A stretch of 26,279 bases of DNA from a virus (IMGVR_UViG_3300003394_000003:1-26279), one strand, 5' to 3'; counted from the first letter of the stretch, positions 9,584 to 18,162 are shown. Notes: a model not told the origin generated them from the sequence alone. Numbers and translations are program-made.

Positions 9584-10453
9584 TTATAGGATTATTGTTA
9601 CACCGCTACATTGAGGTATGATGCTCTCTACTGTAAAGTTAGCAACACATTCATTTTTCTGTAAGACTGGATTTAGGTTAAAGGTTTTTGTATGTTGATC
9701 TACTAAGATGGTCTCAGTACCTACGAATACAGTACCAAGAGTTCCATATGCTGTACCTGATACAATATAATTACATATAGCTGTTGCTGGTATTGTAAAC
9801 TCTGGATCTTGCCATAGTTGCATATCAAAGTTAGTACAACCTAATAAACGTACCTCTAAGTATTGTGTAACATCTGGAACTGGTGTTGCAGTTGGTGGAA
9901 CACTAGTAGGTGTAGGTTCTATAGGTGTTGCAGTTGGTGGAATTGCTGTTGCAGTTGGTGTTGGTTGTAATGCTGCTTTATCGATTGGTGCTATACATGC
10001 ATCTAATCTTGTTGGTACTTCTATACTCAAACTACATGTCATACCTGCGACAGCATCTTGGAATCTCTCTTTGAATGGTGAGTAACTGATATTAGTTCTT
10101 AACACTTCTGGTTGATCTGTGAAATCATAGTACAATGCAGCCAATACATCGTCAATATACTGCTGACACTGTGACTGTATAGCTAAGAAGTTATTGTACT
10201 GTAAGTCATCTACTTCTCCACGTGCCATGTCCATAACTAACATGTTAAAGTTATAAGTCATTGTAGTCATGTTACGTACATGATTAGCTGGATTCAAGAA
10301 CAAGTATGGATAATCTGCTTGTACTGCTGAGTCACCACTAGTGTTCTCAAACCTAGTCTTAAGATCTGATAGATCTCCGTAGCCAAAGTCTGCTATCATG
10401 TAGTGTGCATTGGCGATGGTCTGTATTCTGTTTACTATTTCTTGGTATGTCAT
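9584..10453 (-). CDS. Probable tail terminator/completion protein with Pro-Thr linker and appended Cys-containing domain
   Basis: About 155-aa core (YPYLF...YNFNMLVMD...PFKERF..AVAG) next to the gp10-like gene, followed by PTPTATAIPPTATP repeats and a ~95-aa extra domain. Confidence 0.55.
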   Translation of the reverse strand: MTYQEIVNRIQTIANAHYMIADFGYGDLSDLKTRFENTSGDSAVQADYPYLFLNPANHVRNMTTMTYNFNMLVMDMARGEVDDLQYNNFLAIQSQCQQYIDDVLAALYYDFTDQPEVLRTNISYSPFKERFQDAVAGMTCSLSIEVPTRLDACIAPIDKAALQPTPTATAIPPTATPIEPTPTSVPPTATPVPDVTQYLEVRLLGCTNFDMQLWQDPEFTIPATAICNYIVSGTAYGTLGTVFVGTETILVDQHTKTFNLNPVLQKNECVANFTVESIIPQCSGVTIIL

Positions 10454-10466
10454 TGTGTCATATGTT

Positions 10467-11144
10467 TTATTTGCGTGCTAAATCTAATTGTCTCTTATGT
10501 TGCATTAGTCTAAAGTTATCTTCTAATTGTTTCTCTTTCTTATAAGACATAAAGTTCAAAGCTTTCTTTAGTGGTTGATCTGTGACTTCATCTAACTCTA
10601 AGATGTTGTCATGTGCTAAGTCAGCGATGATTCTATACCAACCTTTGGCAATCTTATTAGGATCCCATTTCTCTAAATCTTCATCATCTTCATCATCATG
10701 TCTCTCATTAATACCAAAGAGTCCAGCGTATTGTCTGTATGTGTGTACTCTAAATAAACTATACTGATCTACTAACCACATGGCTTCGTCTGAGTACTCT
10801 GTGCCTTCGCTGAGGATAGCAACAATGTTATCTAAGTTCTTCTCTACACCCATTACCATATATATGTCTAAGTCTATGAACTCACCAAATAACAGATCAT
10901 TGAAGTCTCTGATTACATATTCCTTTCTTCTGTTCATAGTCTCTATTGTAAAAGCTATAGCTAACGTTAAGCTGTCTAATGTACATGGTCTTAAGACCTC
11001 GACATCTTCATCGAGTAATGTGGCTATTATACGCGGCCATTGTTCAGTGTCTGTGTAGTCAAAGGCTACTAACTGTTTCCACTGTTGAATTGTTAACCTC
11101 TCTGGTAACTGATACTTTGTTTTGCCTATAGTTATTTTAACCAT
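10467..11144 (-). CDS. Hypothetical protein, possible tail assembly chaperone
   Basis: Acidic 225-aa protein (FGEFIDLD, GWY motifs) heading the tail operon. Function inferred from position only. Confidence 0.45.
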   Translation of the reverse strand: MVKITIGKTKYQLPERLTIQQWKQLVAFDYTDTEQWPRIIATLLDEDVEVLRPCTLDSLTLAIAFTIETMNRRKEYVIRDFNDLLFGEFIDLDIYMVMGVEKNLDNIVAILSEGTEYSDEAMWLVDQYSLFRVHTYRQYAGLFGINERHDDEDDEDLEKWDPNKIAKGWYRIIADLAHDNILELDEVTDQPLKKALNFMSYKKEKQLEDNFRLMQHKRQLDLARK

Positions 11145-11149
11145 ACTAA

Positions 11150-11173
11150 TAAATATAATTTAGATGTGTATTG
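11150..11173 (-). promoter_or_regulatory. Putative late promoter CA-N14-TATATTTA, 5 nt before ATG 11144
   Basis: - strand reads ttCAa tacacatctaaat TATATTTA ttagt ATG. Confidence 0.65.
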
Positions 11174-11175
11174 AA

Positions 11176-12423
11176 TTACCACTGAGTCTGTGATTTGTTC
11201 TTAGTTCCTTGCGTAACGTATTGACCATATGTTTTATTTTGTATGCGATTGTAGTTTGCTAGACATAGACTAATTACCATATCATCATGGAAAGAGTTAC
11301 GCGCAGCATATTTAACTGATCTTGTTTGTGGATTGTATGTCATCTCAAATACTTCGAGTTCTCTATGTAACTCTGGATATAGAGTAGCTGATGGTATTTT
11401 AACAGCACCTTCATTGAAACCCATTATAAGTGTCTCTACGATATCTCTCTTACTTTGATTTGATGTGTTGAATCCATGTGTGTCATGATACTTTTTCTTA
11501 ATGCCTTCTAAGACTACTGATCCCATTGAGTTAGTCTCTATCATTACTGTTGCTTTATACTTCTGAGCTAATTGGATAATGTTGTTCTGCATTGTTTCCC
11601 ATTCCTTATGGTTATCTCGGTAAATCTCAACTACTGCACCAGTAGAGTCTATTACTGTGGCTACTGTGTAATCGCCAGTTTGTGCAAGATCGACACCTAT
11701 GTAGCATTTACCTTGAGGTTTAGGCCATGATTCATATGTGTTAGCATTAAAGTTTTGAAAGACTTGTGATTCTCCTTCTAAGAATTCTCCTAAGTACTCT
11801 GCTCTAAAGATGGCATCTGGTAGTGTACGTTTAGCTGCTGCTATTTCTTCTTTGTCTATATAAGGATTGTCACCTTGTTCCATGCGGACTGATGCATGAT
11901 TACTGTATGAAGCATCTTGACCTAATTGAAAGAACTCGTAAAACCAATCACGACCTCGAGGTGTAGAGAATAAGACTACCTTTTTACCATGTACTAAGGC
12001 TGTAGGTTGGATAGCTCTCTTCCATGCTGCTTCTGATTGATATGCTGCTTCATCTAAGAATAAGTAATCAAATGTATAACCTCTTAATCCATCTTCTCTT
12101 TCTGATGATCTGAAATAGATTTTACTACCTGTCTTTAATTTAATTTCAAAGTTAGAGAAGTTGGTTGCTTCTACTATTCCACTATCTTTAATAGCTTCAT
12201 ATAGATCTTCCATTAGTTTTCTAGCTTGTTGATATATTGGTGTGATGATGCCGATTTTTGAACCTTTGTCATTTATACCATAGAACAAGATTAAGTTAAC
12301 TAATAGTAATGACTTACCAACCTGACGTGGCGAGACTACAGTAATATACTTCTCAGTACCATTTACTATAGTCTCGATAACTCTTTGTTGTCCTCTATGT
12401 GGTTGGAATCCTCTTACTTCCAT
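11176..12423 (-). CDS. terL: Terminase large subunit
   Basis: Walker A SPRQVGKS, Walker B LFLDEAA, coupling motif FSTP, and nuclease motifs IGVDLA and HDDMVISL. Confidence 0.95.
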   Translation of the reverse strand: MEVRGFQPHRGQQRVIETIVNGTEKYITVVSPRQVGKSLLLVNLILFYGINDKGSKIGIITPIYQQARKLMEDLYEAIKDSGIVEATNFSNFEIKLKTGSKIYFRSSEREDGLRGYTFDYLFLDEAAYQSEAAWKRAIQPTALVHGKKVVLFSTPRGRDWFYEFFQLGQDASYSNHASVRMEQGDNPYIDKEEIAAAKRTLPDAIFRAEYLGEFLEGESQVFQNFNANTYESWPKPQGKCYIGVDLAQTGDYTVATVIDSTGAVVEIYRDNHKEWETMQNNIIQLAQKYKATVMIETNSMGSVVLEGIKKKYHDTHGFNTSNQSKRDIVETLIMGFNEGAVKIPSATLYPELHRELEVFEMTYNPQTRSVKYAARNSFHDDMVISLCLANYNRIQNKTYGQYVTQGTKNKSQTQW

Positions 12424-12773
12424 TATTGTAAGTCTTCTAAGTCAGTGAATTCAGTACCATCTTCTATCTGTATTCTTTCTGCTGAGTTTAATGCTGGTCC
12501 AAAATTAAATGTTATCTGTTTGAATAGATCATCACCATCTTTGGCTGTAATTTCAGTTCTTGCTAATGAAGGTACAAATCTTTCTGATAACTTAATGATT
12601 ATATCTACAGCTTTTGCTGGATCGTCTGCTGCTATTTGATTTAACCATCTACCCATATTAGGTAAGTTGTTTTCTACTAACATAGCAAATGCTTCTTTAA
12701 TCATCTTAGTAGAATTGTTTGGTCCTATTCTACCTTCTCTATTAATTCTAGGATCTCCTTTTACAAATGCCAT
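12423..12773 (-). CDS. terS: Terminase small subunit (probable)
   Basis: 116 aa, overlaps the terL start, and begins MAFVKGDPRINREGR (F.KG...N..GR motif of small terminases). Confidence 0.7.
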   Translation of the reverse strand: MAFVKGDPRINREGRIGPNNSTKMIKEAFAMLVENNLPNMGRWLNQIAADDPAKAVDIIIKLSERFVPSLARTEITAKDGDDLFKQITFNFGPALNSAERIQIEDGTEFTDLEDLQ

Positions 12774-12774
12774 A

Positions 12775-12918
12775 TTATGTTATTGTTTTTTTGTATTTAG
12801 TTAGCGCGGCTTTTGCGGCACTTAAAGTTTTTGCATGTATCTTTAAGATATGCGGGCAATATTCATCACTCATTTTAAGTGCTCCTGTTGCTGTCTTATA
12901 AACATAGTAGGTTTTCAT
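12775..12918 (-). CDS. Hypothetical protein (47 aa, MKTYYVYK...)
   Basis: Its ATG overlaps the upstream stop codon (ATGA); start trimmed relative to the ORF track. Confidence 0.55.
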   Translation of the reverse strand: MKTYYVYKTATGALKMSDEYCPHILKIHAKTLSAAKAALTKYKKTIT

Positions 12919-13142
12919 AGTGTTTGTTTGTATTTTTCGTAAGCTTGTTTGACTACGTTTAGGGTTGATCTTAAACAAGATCCACAACCATTAGGTCTTT
13001 TGTTTTCTGATGTTATATGGTTATAGATGCCATAGATCATTATCTGATCTCCTGGTTCTAGACGTGTACTAACATAAAACATGTTCTTCTTGTTATCTAA
13101 CCAATTGTATTGTACTTCTGTTAATGGATTATTCTGTTTCAT
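12915..13142 (-). CDS. Small CxxC (CGSC) protein
   Basis: 75 aa containing NGCGSCL; tightly packed in the operon. Confidence 0.7.
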   Translation of the reverse strand: MKQNNPLTEVQYNWLDNKKNMFYVSTRLEPGDQIMIYGIYNHITSENKRPNGCGSCLRSTLNVVKQAYEKYKQTL

Positions 13143-13144
13143 AG

Positions 13145-13390
13145 TTAGTGTATATTAATATCGATTATTTCTGCTAGGATAGCGGCGATTGCACTTATAA
13201 ATATAGCTTCGAAGCCATGTGAAATAACTGTAAAACCAAACGTATACCAAAAGGTACTACACATTACACAGATAAATGGTTTTATATCTAAACTAAAGTA
13301 TTTGAGTATCTTATGATACAGTGGAGCAGAGTGTGCTAGATTAACTAAGCTTGCCATTCCTAGTATTATAAATAGGTAATTAAAATTCAT
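13145..13390 (-). CDS. Small membrane protein with a CxxC-xxFW motif
   Basis: Hydrophobic segments flank KPFICVMCSTFW. Confidence 0.7.
   Translation of the reverse strand: MNFNYLFIILGMASLVNLAHSAPLYHKILKYFSLDIKPFICVMCSTFWYTFGFTVISHGFEAIFISAIAAILAEIIDINIH
13198..13221 (-). promoter_or_regulatory. Putative late promoter CA-N14-TATATTTA upstream of the terS-terL cluster
   Basis: - strand reads ttCAc atggcttcgaagc TATATTTA, 55 nt before ATG 13142. It lies inside a CDS. Confidence 0.5.
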
Positions 13391-13910
13391 AAGTGATTCC
13401 TTGTATTTTTAGTTGTTGTTTAATATATTGTTTAGCTTCTTCTACTGCATGTGATATACTATTACGCGGAATTCCAGTTTTCTTAGCTAATTGACTATAA
13501 TTAGGTGTGACTAACCACATATTAAATAAGGTTACTCTATACCAAAGTTCTGTCTTATCTGCTGCCATATCTTCAATGATTCCTTGAATAGCACCAATAA
13601 CAAAATCCTTCTCAATATCATATGGAATATCTATAGCTTCTATTTGATGTTCAGGCTTCATCTGGTGCATTCTATTCTTCTGACGATAGATTCTATGGTA
13701 TTCTGACGTTGAACTGTTGAATGATCTCCAAATGATTCCTGATAAGAAATTCATAGCTCTGTTAGTATCTACAAGTTCTTGGCCTCTTTCATGCTCCATA
13801 AAACACTGAATAGCAAAGTGTGCTACATCTTCTGACTCATGACTACCTTTACATATCTTCTTAGTCATTAAAATGATTTTGTCGTAATTATTAGTTATAA
13901 AGTTATTCAA
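13380..13910 (-). CDS. Sigma-70/ECF-like phage transcription factor
   Basis: 176 aa. N-terminal region-2-like segment (YDKIILMTKKI...SEDVAH) and C-terminal HTH (NYSQLAKKTGIPRNSISHAVEEAKQYIK); last regulator before the packaging genes. Confidence 0.7.
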   Translation of the reverse strand: MNNFITNNYDKIILMTKKICKGSHESEDVAHFAIQCFMEHERGQELVDTNRAMNFLSGIIWRSFNSSTSEYHRIYRQKNRMHQMKPEHQIEAIDIPYDIEKDFVIGAIQGIIEDMAADKTELWYRVTLFNMWLVTPNYSQLAKKTGIPRNSISHAVEEAKQYIKQQLKIQGITYEF

Positions 13911-14133
13911 GTCTATCTATTATATCTTTTAGCATTTGACAGCGTTCGTACTGTTCATGCTCTTCAAATCGAATTAAATCAATTCTAATCTCTTCTAACG
14001 TTAACTCAATTTCAAAATCATTACGTTCATAATAATATTCAAATACCATGTCTTGACATGTTTCTTTATTATCTTCTGTCTCTTTAGGATAATTATCAAA
14101 TAAGGCTTGAGTTAACTTCTTCTTTCTACTCAT
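13903..14133 (-). CDS. Small acidic protein with a C-terminal UVR (UvrB/C)-like motif
   Basis: EEHEQYERCQMLKDII resembles the UVR helical hairpin (E.YE.AA.LRD). The start could be 14133, 14151 or 14160. Confidence 0.55.
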   Translation of the reverse strand: MSRKKKLTQALFDNYPKETEDNKETCQDMVFEYYYERNDFEIELTLEEIRIDLIRFEEHEQYERCQMLKDIIDRLE

Positions 14134-14677
14134 CTTCTTTAAGCTCTTCATATTTGTCACGCATAGCTTTGCGTTCGCCTACTTTAATATAAGATGATGC
14201 TTCTCTACTAATCTGAAATGTTTTCATACCAAATGTGTTTTTAGATAGCTTCTGCTTAGACATATTCTCTGAGATGATATCATTATTAAGACAACCTAAT
14301 AAGTAGATCCAGGCTAATCTATTACGTTCCTCTTTAAGTTCTACTTCTAAAGGATCTACACGTTGAAACTTAACTCGCTTTCCATATCCTTTATTAGTAG
14401 ATATTTGGAATATCATGGTTGTTTCAAGCAAATCACCTACAATCATGTTATCTTCAATTTGTGGGAAACTACGTAACCAATCTACAATACCAGTAGATAT
14501 CTTGTTGGTCATTCTAGATACATCATCTATAGAAATATAGTATTCAGTATCGTATCCATAGATATCACAAATCCTAGATGCGAAAGCTAAAAATACATTA
14601 ACTCCTTCATCTTCTACACCTATTGCCCATTTTGGTACTATTATTTTCATATCTTTATTGTTTAAGTATGTATTCAT
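14126..14677 (-). CDS. Hypothetical protein downstream of the replication initiator
   Basis: Long ORF within the early operon; no motif recognised. Start uncertain (14698, 14677 or 14650). Confidence 0.6.
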   Translation of the reverse strand: MNTYLNNKDMKIIVPKWAIGVEDEGVNVFLAFASRICDIYGYDTEYYISIDDVSRMTNKISTGIVDWLRSFPQIEDNMIVGDLLETTMIFQISTNKGYGKRVKFQRVDPLEVELKEERNRLAWIYLLGCLNNDIISENMSKQKLSKNTFGMKTFQISREASSYIKVGERKAMRDKYEELKEDE

Positions 14678-14681
14678 GTTT

Positions 14682-15230
14682 TTAAAAGTCTTTATCAAAA
14701 TCCATAGCTAGACTTAATAGTCTTGTATCAATATCATTAACGTTAATTTCTTCTTTAAAAATATCAAAAGAAAAAGATTCAGGCTTAGTACTTATTTTAG
14801 TATCTTCTATAGTAACCTTATCTAGTACCTTATCTAGTATATGGGTTGTGCCAAGTTGGCAATCCAGCTGTGCCATAATGGCAGTATCACTATGCCCCGT
14901 TGGCAAGGTAGTACTGCCATATTGGCAAGGTGACTGTGCCCCAATGGCATAGTACCCTTTCTCTAAAGTGTACTCTAATTCTGTTTGATTTATTGCAAGG
15001 ACTTGTCTATTATTAGGAAGTCTTTTAACTACTTCGATAATACCATACTCTTTTAGTTTCTTAAGAGTTCTGCAATACGTTCTTGCTGATGTATAATACA
15101 TGTCACAATATTCTTCTTGAGACATAAAGTGTTCCTTTTTGTTTTTAGACCAAGATTGAATAACTGTTATTAGTTTTGCTTCTTCATTGCCTAATTTAAA
15201 TAATTCATTTTGTATTTGTGTAAATGCCAT
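14682..15230 (-). CDS. Replication initiator-like winged-HTH protein
   Basis: N-terminal FMSQEEYCDMYYTSARTYCRTLKKLKEYGII is a wHTH typical of phage replisome organisers, and the gene contains an iteron array as in lambda O. Confidence 0.75.
   Translation of the reverse strand: MAFTQIQNELFKLGNEEAKLITVIQSWSKNKKEHFMSQEEYCDMYYTSARTYCRTLKKLKEYGIIEVVKRLPNNRQVLAINQTELEYTLEKGYYAIGAQSPCQYGSTTLPTGHSDTAIMAQLDCQLGTTHILDKVLDKVTIEDTKISTKPESFSFDIFKEEINVNDIDTRLLSLAMDFDKDF
14815..14838. repeat. 12-bp tandem repeat ACCTTATCTAGT x2 beside the iterons
   Basis: Copies at 14815-14826 and 14827-14838, bordering an AT-rich tract. Confidence 0.7.
14849..14949. repeat. Putative replication origin: five palindromic iterons TGCC-N5-GGCA at an exact 22-bp period
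   Basis: Units start at 14849, 14871, 14893, 14915 and 14937 (tgccaagttggca, tgccataatggca, tgccccgttggca, tgccatattggca, tgccccaatggca). Confidence 0.85.
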
Positions 15231-15254
15231 TTGTATTTTACTTTTTTTTATTTG

Positions 15255-15404
15255 TTACCATCCATAAACTACACGTTTAATAGATGATGTTGATCGTTGT
15301 ACAAATCGTGCGATCTGAGAGAATGAATATCCTTTTGATCTGTACTCTCTGATAATAGCTCTTTCAGCTTCAGTTACTCTTGTTCTTCCTTGTGGTGTTT
15401 CCAT
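15255..15404 (-). CDS. Small HTH regulator (49 aa); absent from ORF track
   Basis: METPQGRTRVTEAERAIIREYRSKGYSFSQIARFVQRSTSSIKRVVYGW is a clear HTH and is the first gene after the leftward early promoter. Confidence 0.8.
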   Translation of the reverse strand: METPQGRTRVTEAERAIIREYRSKGYSFSQIARFVQRSTSSIKRVVYGW

Positions 15405-15436
15405 AATTTTTGTTTGTTTAAATTGTTTTTATACTT

Positions 15437-15465
15437 ATTATATTGAACCATGTTCTATTGTTTCA
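15437..15465 (-). promoter_or_regulatory. Putative early promoter TGAAAC-N17-TATAAT for the HTH/rep/sigma operon
   Basis: - strand reads TGAAAC aatagaacatggttcaa TATAAT aagtata. Confidence 0.7.
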
Positions 15466-15509
15466 TATGGTTCTATAATATATATCTATATAAAAATGTA
15501 AAAAAGTCA

Positions 15510-15538
15510 TGAAACAATAAATAGTTTGCTGGTATAAG
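15510..15538 (+). promoter_or_regulatory. Putative early promoter TGAAAC-N17-TATAAG, divergent from the rep operon
   Basis: TGAAAC aataaatagtttgctgg TATAAG tagtata. Confidence 0.65.
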
Positions 15539-15544
15539 TAGTAT

Positions 15545-15674
15545 ATCAACCGTTAAACATTTCCAAATGAAGCATTGATATATAGACTGACATATATTTT
15601 TAATGTATATGTGTTTTTATTTTATTTTACTTTTTTAATACCAGTGTTTCTTGATCGTTCACTGGTATTTTTTT
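15545..15674 (+). ncRNA. Candidate ~130-nt small RNA
   Basis: Bounded by a promoter motif and a terminator, with no credible ORF. Ends are approximate. Confidence 0.4.
15637..15674 (+). terminator. Intrinsic terminator
   Basis: Stem aataccagtg / cactggtatt followed by a T run. Confidence 0.75.
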
Positions 15675-15688
15675 GCTTACTAGTGAAC

Positions 15689-15730
15689 AAAAAAGAACCC
15701 CTTACTAAAATGGCTTAAAGTAAGGGGTTC
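15689..15730 (-). terminator. Intrinsic terminator ending the portal-to-RBP operon
   Basis: 12-bp stem gaaccccttact / agtaaggggttc, followed by T6 on the - strand. Confidence 0.8.
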
Positions 15731-15792
15731 ATGCCTAAAAATAATCGATAGAAATTATGAGAAACTACCGATAAGTTATATATCTTTTTTTA

Positions 15793-17460
15793 TTATGCAA
15801 CAGTTACAGAGTCAATCCAAATATAATCTGCAGTAATACCACTCGAAACAGCACATATATTTACAAATGAATCTAATAGAAAGGCAGCAGTACTTGCGTC
15901 TAATTGAGTATATGTAAAATCTTGCCAAGTCGTAGTCAATGCAATTGTTTGTGGTTTATAATTTGTAGTGATTGCAGTGTTTTGTGCAGTACCTGTTTGT
16001 GTTAAAGGTGTTAATAAACAAATAATAGCATTAGTAGAAGCACTAGCCTTTGCTCTTATAGTTATTGTTTTAGCAGCAGATGTTGTATTATAATACTGAC
16101 TAATAGGCATTCTTGTCGGTTGGTTATTTATTGCATCTAATTTACTTAATCTTAATGAATTGGTTCCAGTATCAAACACAGAACTATCTGCAAATGCGAT
16201 TCCTGTTGAACTATAAACTTGTTTATCACCTTCAATATCTTTAATATAACCAATAGCATTAGTAGAATAATAATTATATCCTGACCCAGCTAAAGAAAAA
16301 TCTTCAATCTTTTTAGTATTTAATTTAATAATATTTGTCATAGCAGCATTTTGACCATTTGAAATTGCTAATTTATATCCAGATAGATTATTACCTGAAA
16401 CTTGAATATCATTATTAATAACACAACTTGTTCCAACGAAACTAGAAAATAAAACAATATTTTCAGTAATACCACTGTTTTGTTGTGTTGCAATATAAAG
16501 ATTATCTATAATCATAAATGAACCTAAACAAAGACCGTATGATTGTAAACCTGTACTGAACATACTTCTAGCATACCAATTATTACATTTAAGTAAAATG
16601 TTACTACTAGATGAAGGCGCTGCAGTATTAGCATACCATATATTTCCAAATTGTTGTTGAGGTGCATCATTTTCTATAGGATATTGACCTCCTAAAGTTT
16701 GAGTAAATGTTGAGTTAGTTAAATATAAATCTGGTAAAGCATATGAATGTACAGTTAATGGTGCAGCTCCATATGGCGAAGCGTTAGTAAAATATACAAA
16801 TGCTAATGTTCCCATTAACCATCTTGATGTACCACCTCCAAAGCCTGTATTTAAATGTGATAACATAAATTTATCAAAATAAAGTGATCCATTTGCACCA
16901 CCAGTTGGACCAGTGAATCCATTACCTGATTTAGCAGTCGCAGATGCTCCATGATAATTCATAACTGTCCATCCATCTTGTGCAGTAAAAGAATTAGTCC
17001 AACCACCTGTAATTTTAAAATTATCTTTACCACTAATAGTAACATTTTCAAAAGTAACGCTAGCAGTTGTAGTATAATAATGTTGTGTAGTTATTTTAGA
17101 GAATGATAATTCAACAAATGATGCTCTATTCCATGCACCATCTACTGTAATTTGTGTTGATGTAACTGTTTGAACTTTGTAGAAAAACTTTTGATCTCCA
17201 AATTCTGCATCATTTACTGTAATAATATCACCAGGAAATAATGTACCAGTTAAATCACTCGAAGTTATCCATGTTGTACTAGTAGATCCAACTGCTGTTA
17301 CTGTTCCTGCTAATGCAGTAAAACCTGAACCAGCAGTTCTAATTTCATCACCATTAATACCAATAGTCATGGCTTTGTTAATAGTTTTATATGGTAATGC
17401 AATACTACCGTCTCCAGTACTATCATTACCTGTTAAATAATCTGTATGCCAAATTCCCAT
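15793..17460 (-). CDS. Putative receptor-binding/tailspike-like virion protein
   Basis: N-terminal GNDSTGDGS..PYKTINKA motif seen before beta-helix domains, a Ser/Thr/Asn-rich beta body, and a C-terminal CBM-like jelly roll (LTTTWQDFTY...IWIDSVTV). Confidence 0.6.
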   Translation of the reverse strand: MGIWHTDYLTGNDSTGDGSIALPYKTINKAMTIGINGDEIRTAGSGFTALAGTVTAVGSTSTTWITSSDLTGTLFPGDIITVNDAEFGDQKFFYKVQTVTSTQITVDGAWNRASFVELSFSKITTQHYYTTTASVTFENVTISGKDNFKITGGWTNSFTAQDGWTVMNYHGASATAKSGNGFTGPTGGANGSLYFDKFMLSHLNTGFGGGTSRWLMGTLAFVYFTNASPYGAAPLTVHSYALPDLYLTNSTFTQTLGGQYPIENDAPQQQFGNIWYANTAAPSSSSNILLKCNNWYARSMFSTGLQSYGLCLGSFMIIDNLYIATQQNSGITENIVLFSSFVGTSCVINNDIQVSGNNLSGYKLAISNGQNAAMTNIIKLNTKKIEDFSLAGSGYNYYSTNAIGYIKDIEGDKQVYSSTGIAFADSSVFDTGTNSLRLSKLDAINNQPTRMPISQYYNTTSAAKTITIRAKASASTNAIICLLTPLTQTGTAQNTAITTNYKPQTIALTTTWQDFTYTQLDASTAAFLLDSFVNICAVSSGITADYIWIDSVTVA

Positions 17461-17461
17461 A

Positions 17462-17638
17462 TTAATTTATTATTTTATTTGTTATGTATTCGATACAACT
17501 TTCTAAAGTATTTCTATATACTATTTCAATAACATTAGTTTCTAAATGTTTCTCGTAAACTTTATATGTTCCATCTTTTTCAACAATATCATATTGTATT
17601 GTGATTTCTTTATTGTGATCTGAGTAAATTATTTCCAT
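17462..17638 (-). CDS. Hypothetical protein (58 aa); absent from ORF track
   Basis: [58 protein letters not shown] has a TAATG overlap with the upstream gene and ends 1 nt before the next ATG. Confidence 0.7.
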   Translation of the reverse strand: MEIIYSDHNKEITIQYDIVEKDGTYKVYEKHLETNVIEIVYRNTLESCIEYITNKIIN

Positions 17639-18162
17639 TATTTAAGTTTTATGTTTATTCCATTTGTTATCCATTTTGATTCTCCTGCGCTAGATTCTGA
17701 TAAAATAGTTTCTAATCCAAATGTTAACCAATTAGTTAATCCAGCAACTGGTGTTGGTGTTGGAGGTATTGGTGTTGGTGTTGGAGGTATTGGAGTCGGT
17801 GTTGGCGGAACTGGAGTCGGAGTAGGTGGTGCTACTGTAGCAGTTGGTGTTGGTGGTATTGGTGTTGGAGTAGGACCAGGAATTATAGAAAATGCCAAAG
17901 CCATCCAAAATGTTCCACCAGTTGGATATGTAATACCATAATAGTTTGCCAAAGCAATAGTCCAAGAACCATTTAAAGGTTCAGTAATACCAAAATGATT
18001 ACATAAAGCAATTAACCAACTAGAATTAACTGGTTGAGTAATCCCTAAGTATTCACAATAAGCTTGGATGTAAGAACCATTTACAGGTTCAACCACATTA
18101 CCATTAGATTGTGTGTATACGTATTGTGCAATTGCACTAGAAATGTCGTTATCAAAAGCCAT
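17638..18162 (-). CDS. Repeat protein with four ~18-aa repeats and a Pro-Thr linker (probable virion decoration/fibre)
   Basis: [18 protein letters not shown] / [18 protein letters not shown] / [18 protein letters not shown] / [13 protein letters not shown], followed by repeated PTPTPIP units. Confidence 0.65.
   Translation of the reverse strand: MAFDNDISSAIAQYVYTQSNGNVVEPVNGSYIQAYCEYLGITQPVNSSWLIALCNHFGITEPLNGSWTIALANYYGITYPTGGTFWMALAFSIIPGPTPTPIPPTPTATVAPPTPTPVPPTPTPIPPTPTPIPPTPTPVAGLTNWLTFGLETILSESSAGESKWITNGINIKLK

Noticed and set aside
14849-14949. Regularly spaced palindromes as a mini-CRISPR array
   Set aside because: The 13-bp units with 9-bp spacers are far too short, lie inside a CDS, and no cas genes are present. 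Iterons explain them better.
16720-16727. TATATTTA on the - strand inside the RBP gene
   Set aside because: It lacks the upstream CA and is far from any start. A few chance copies are expected in AT-rich DNA.
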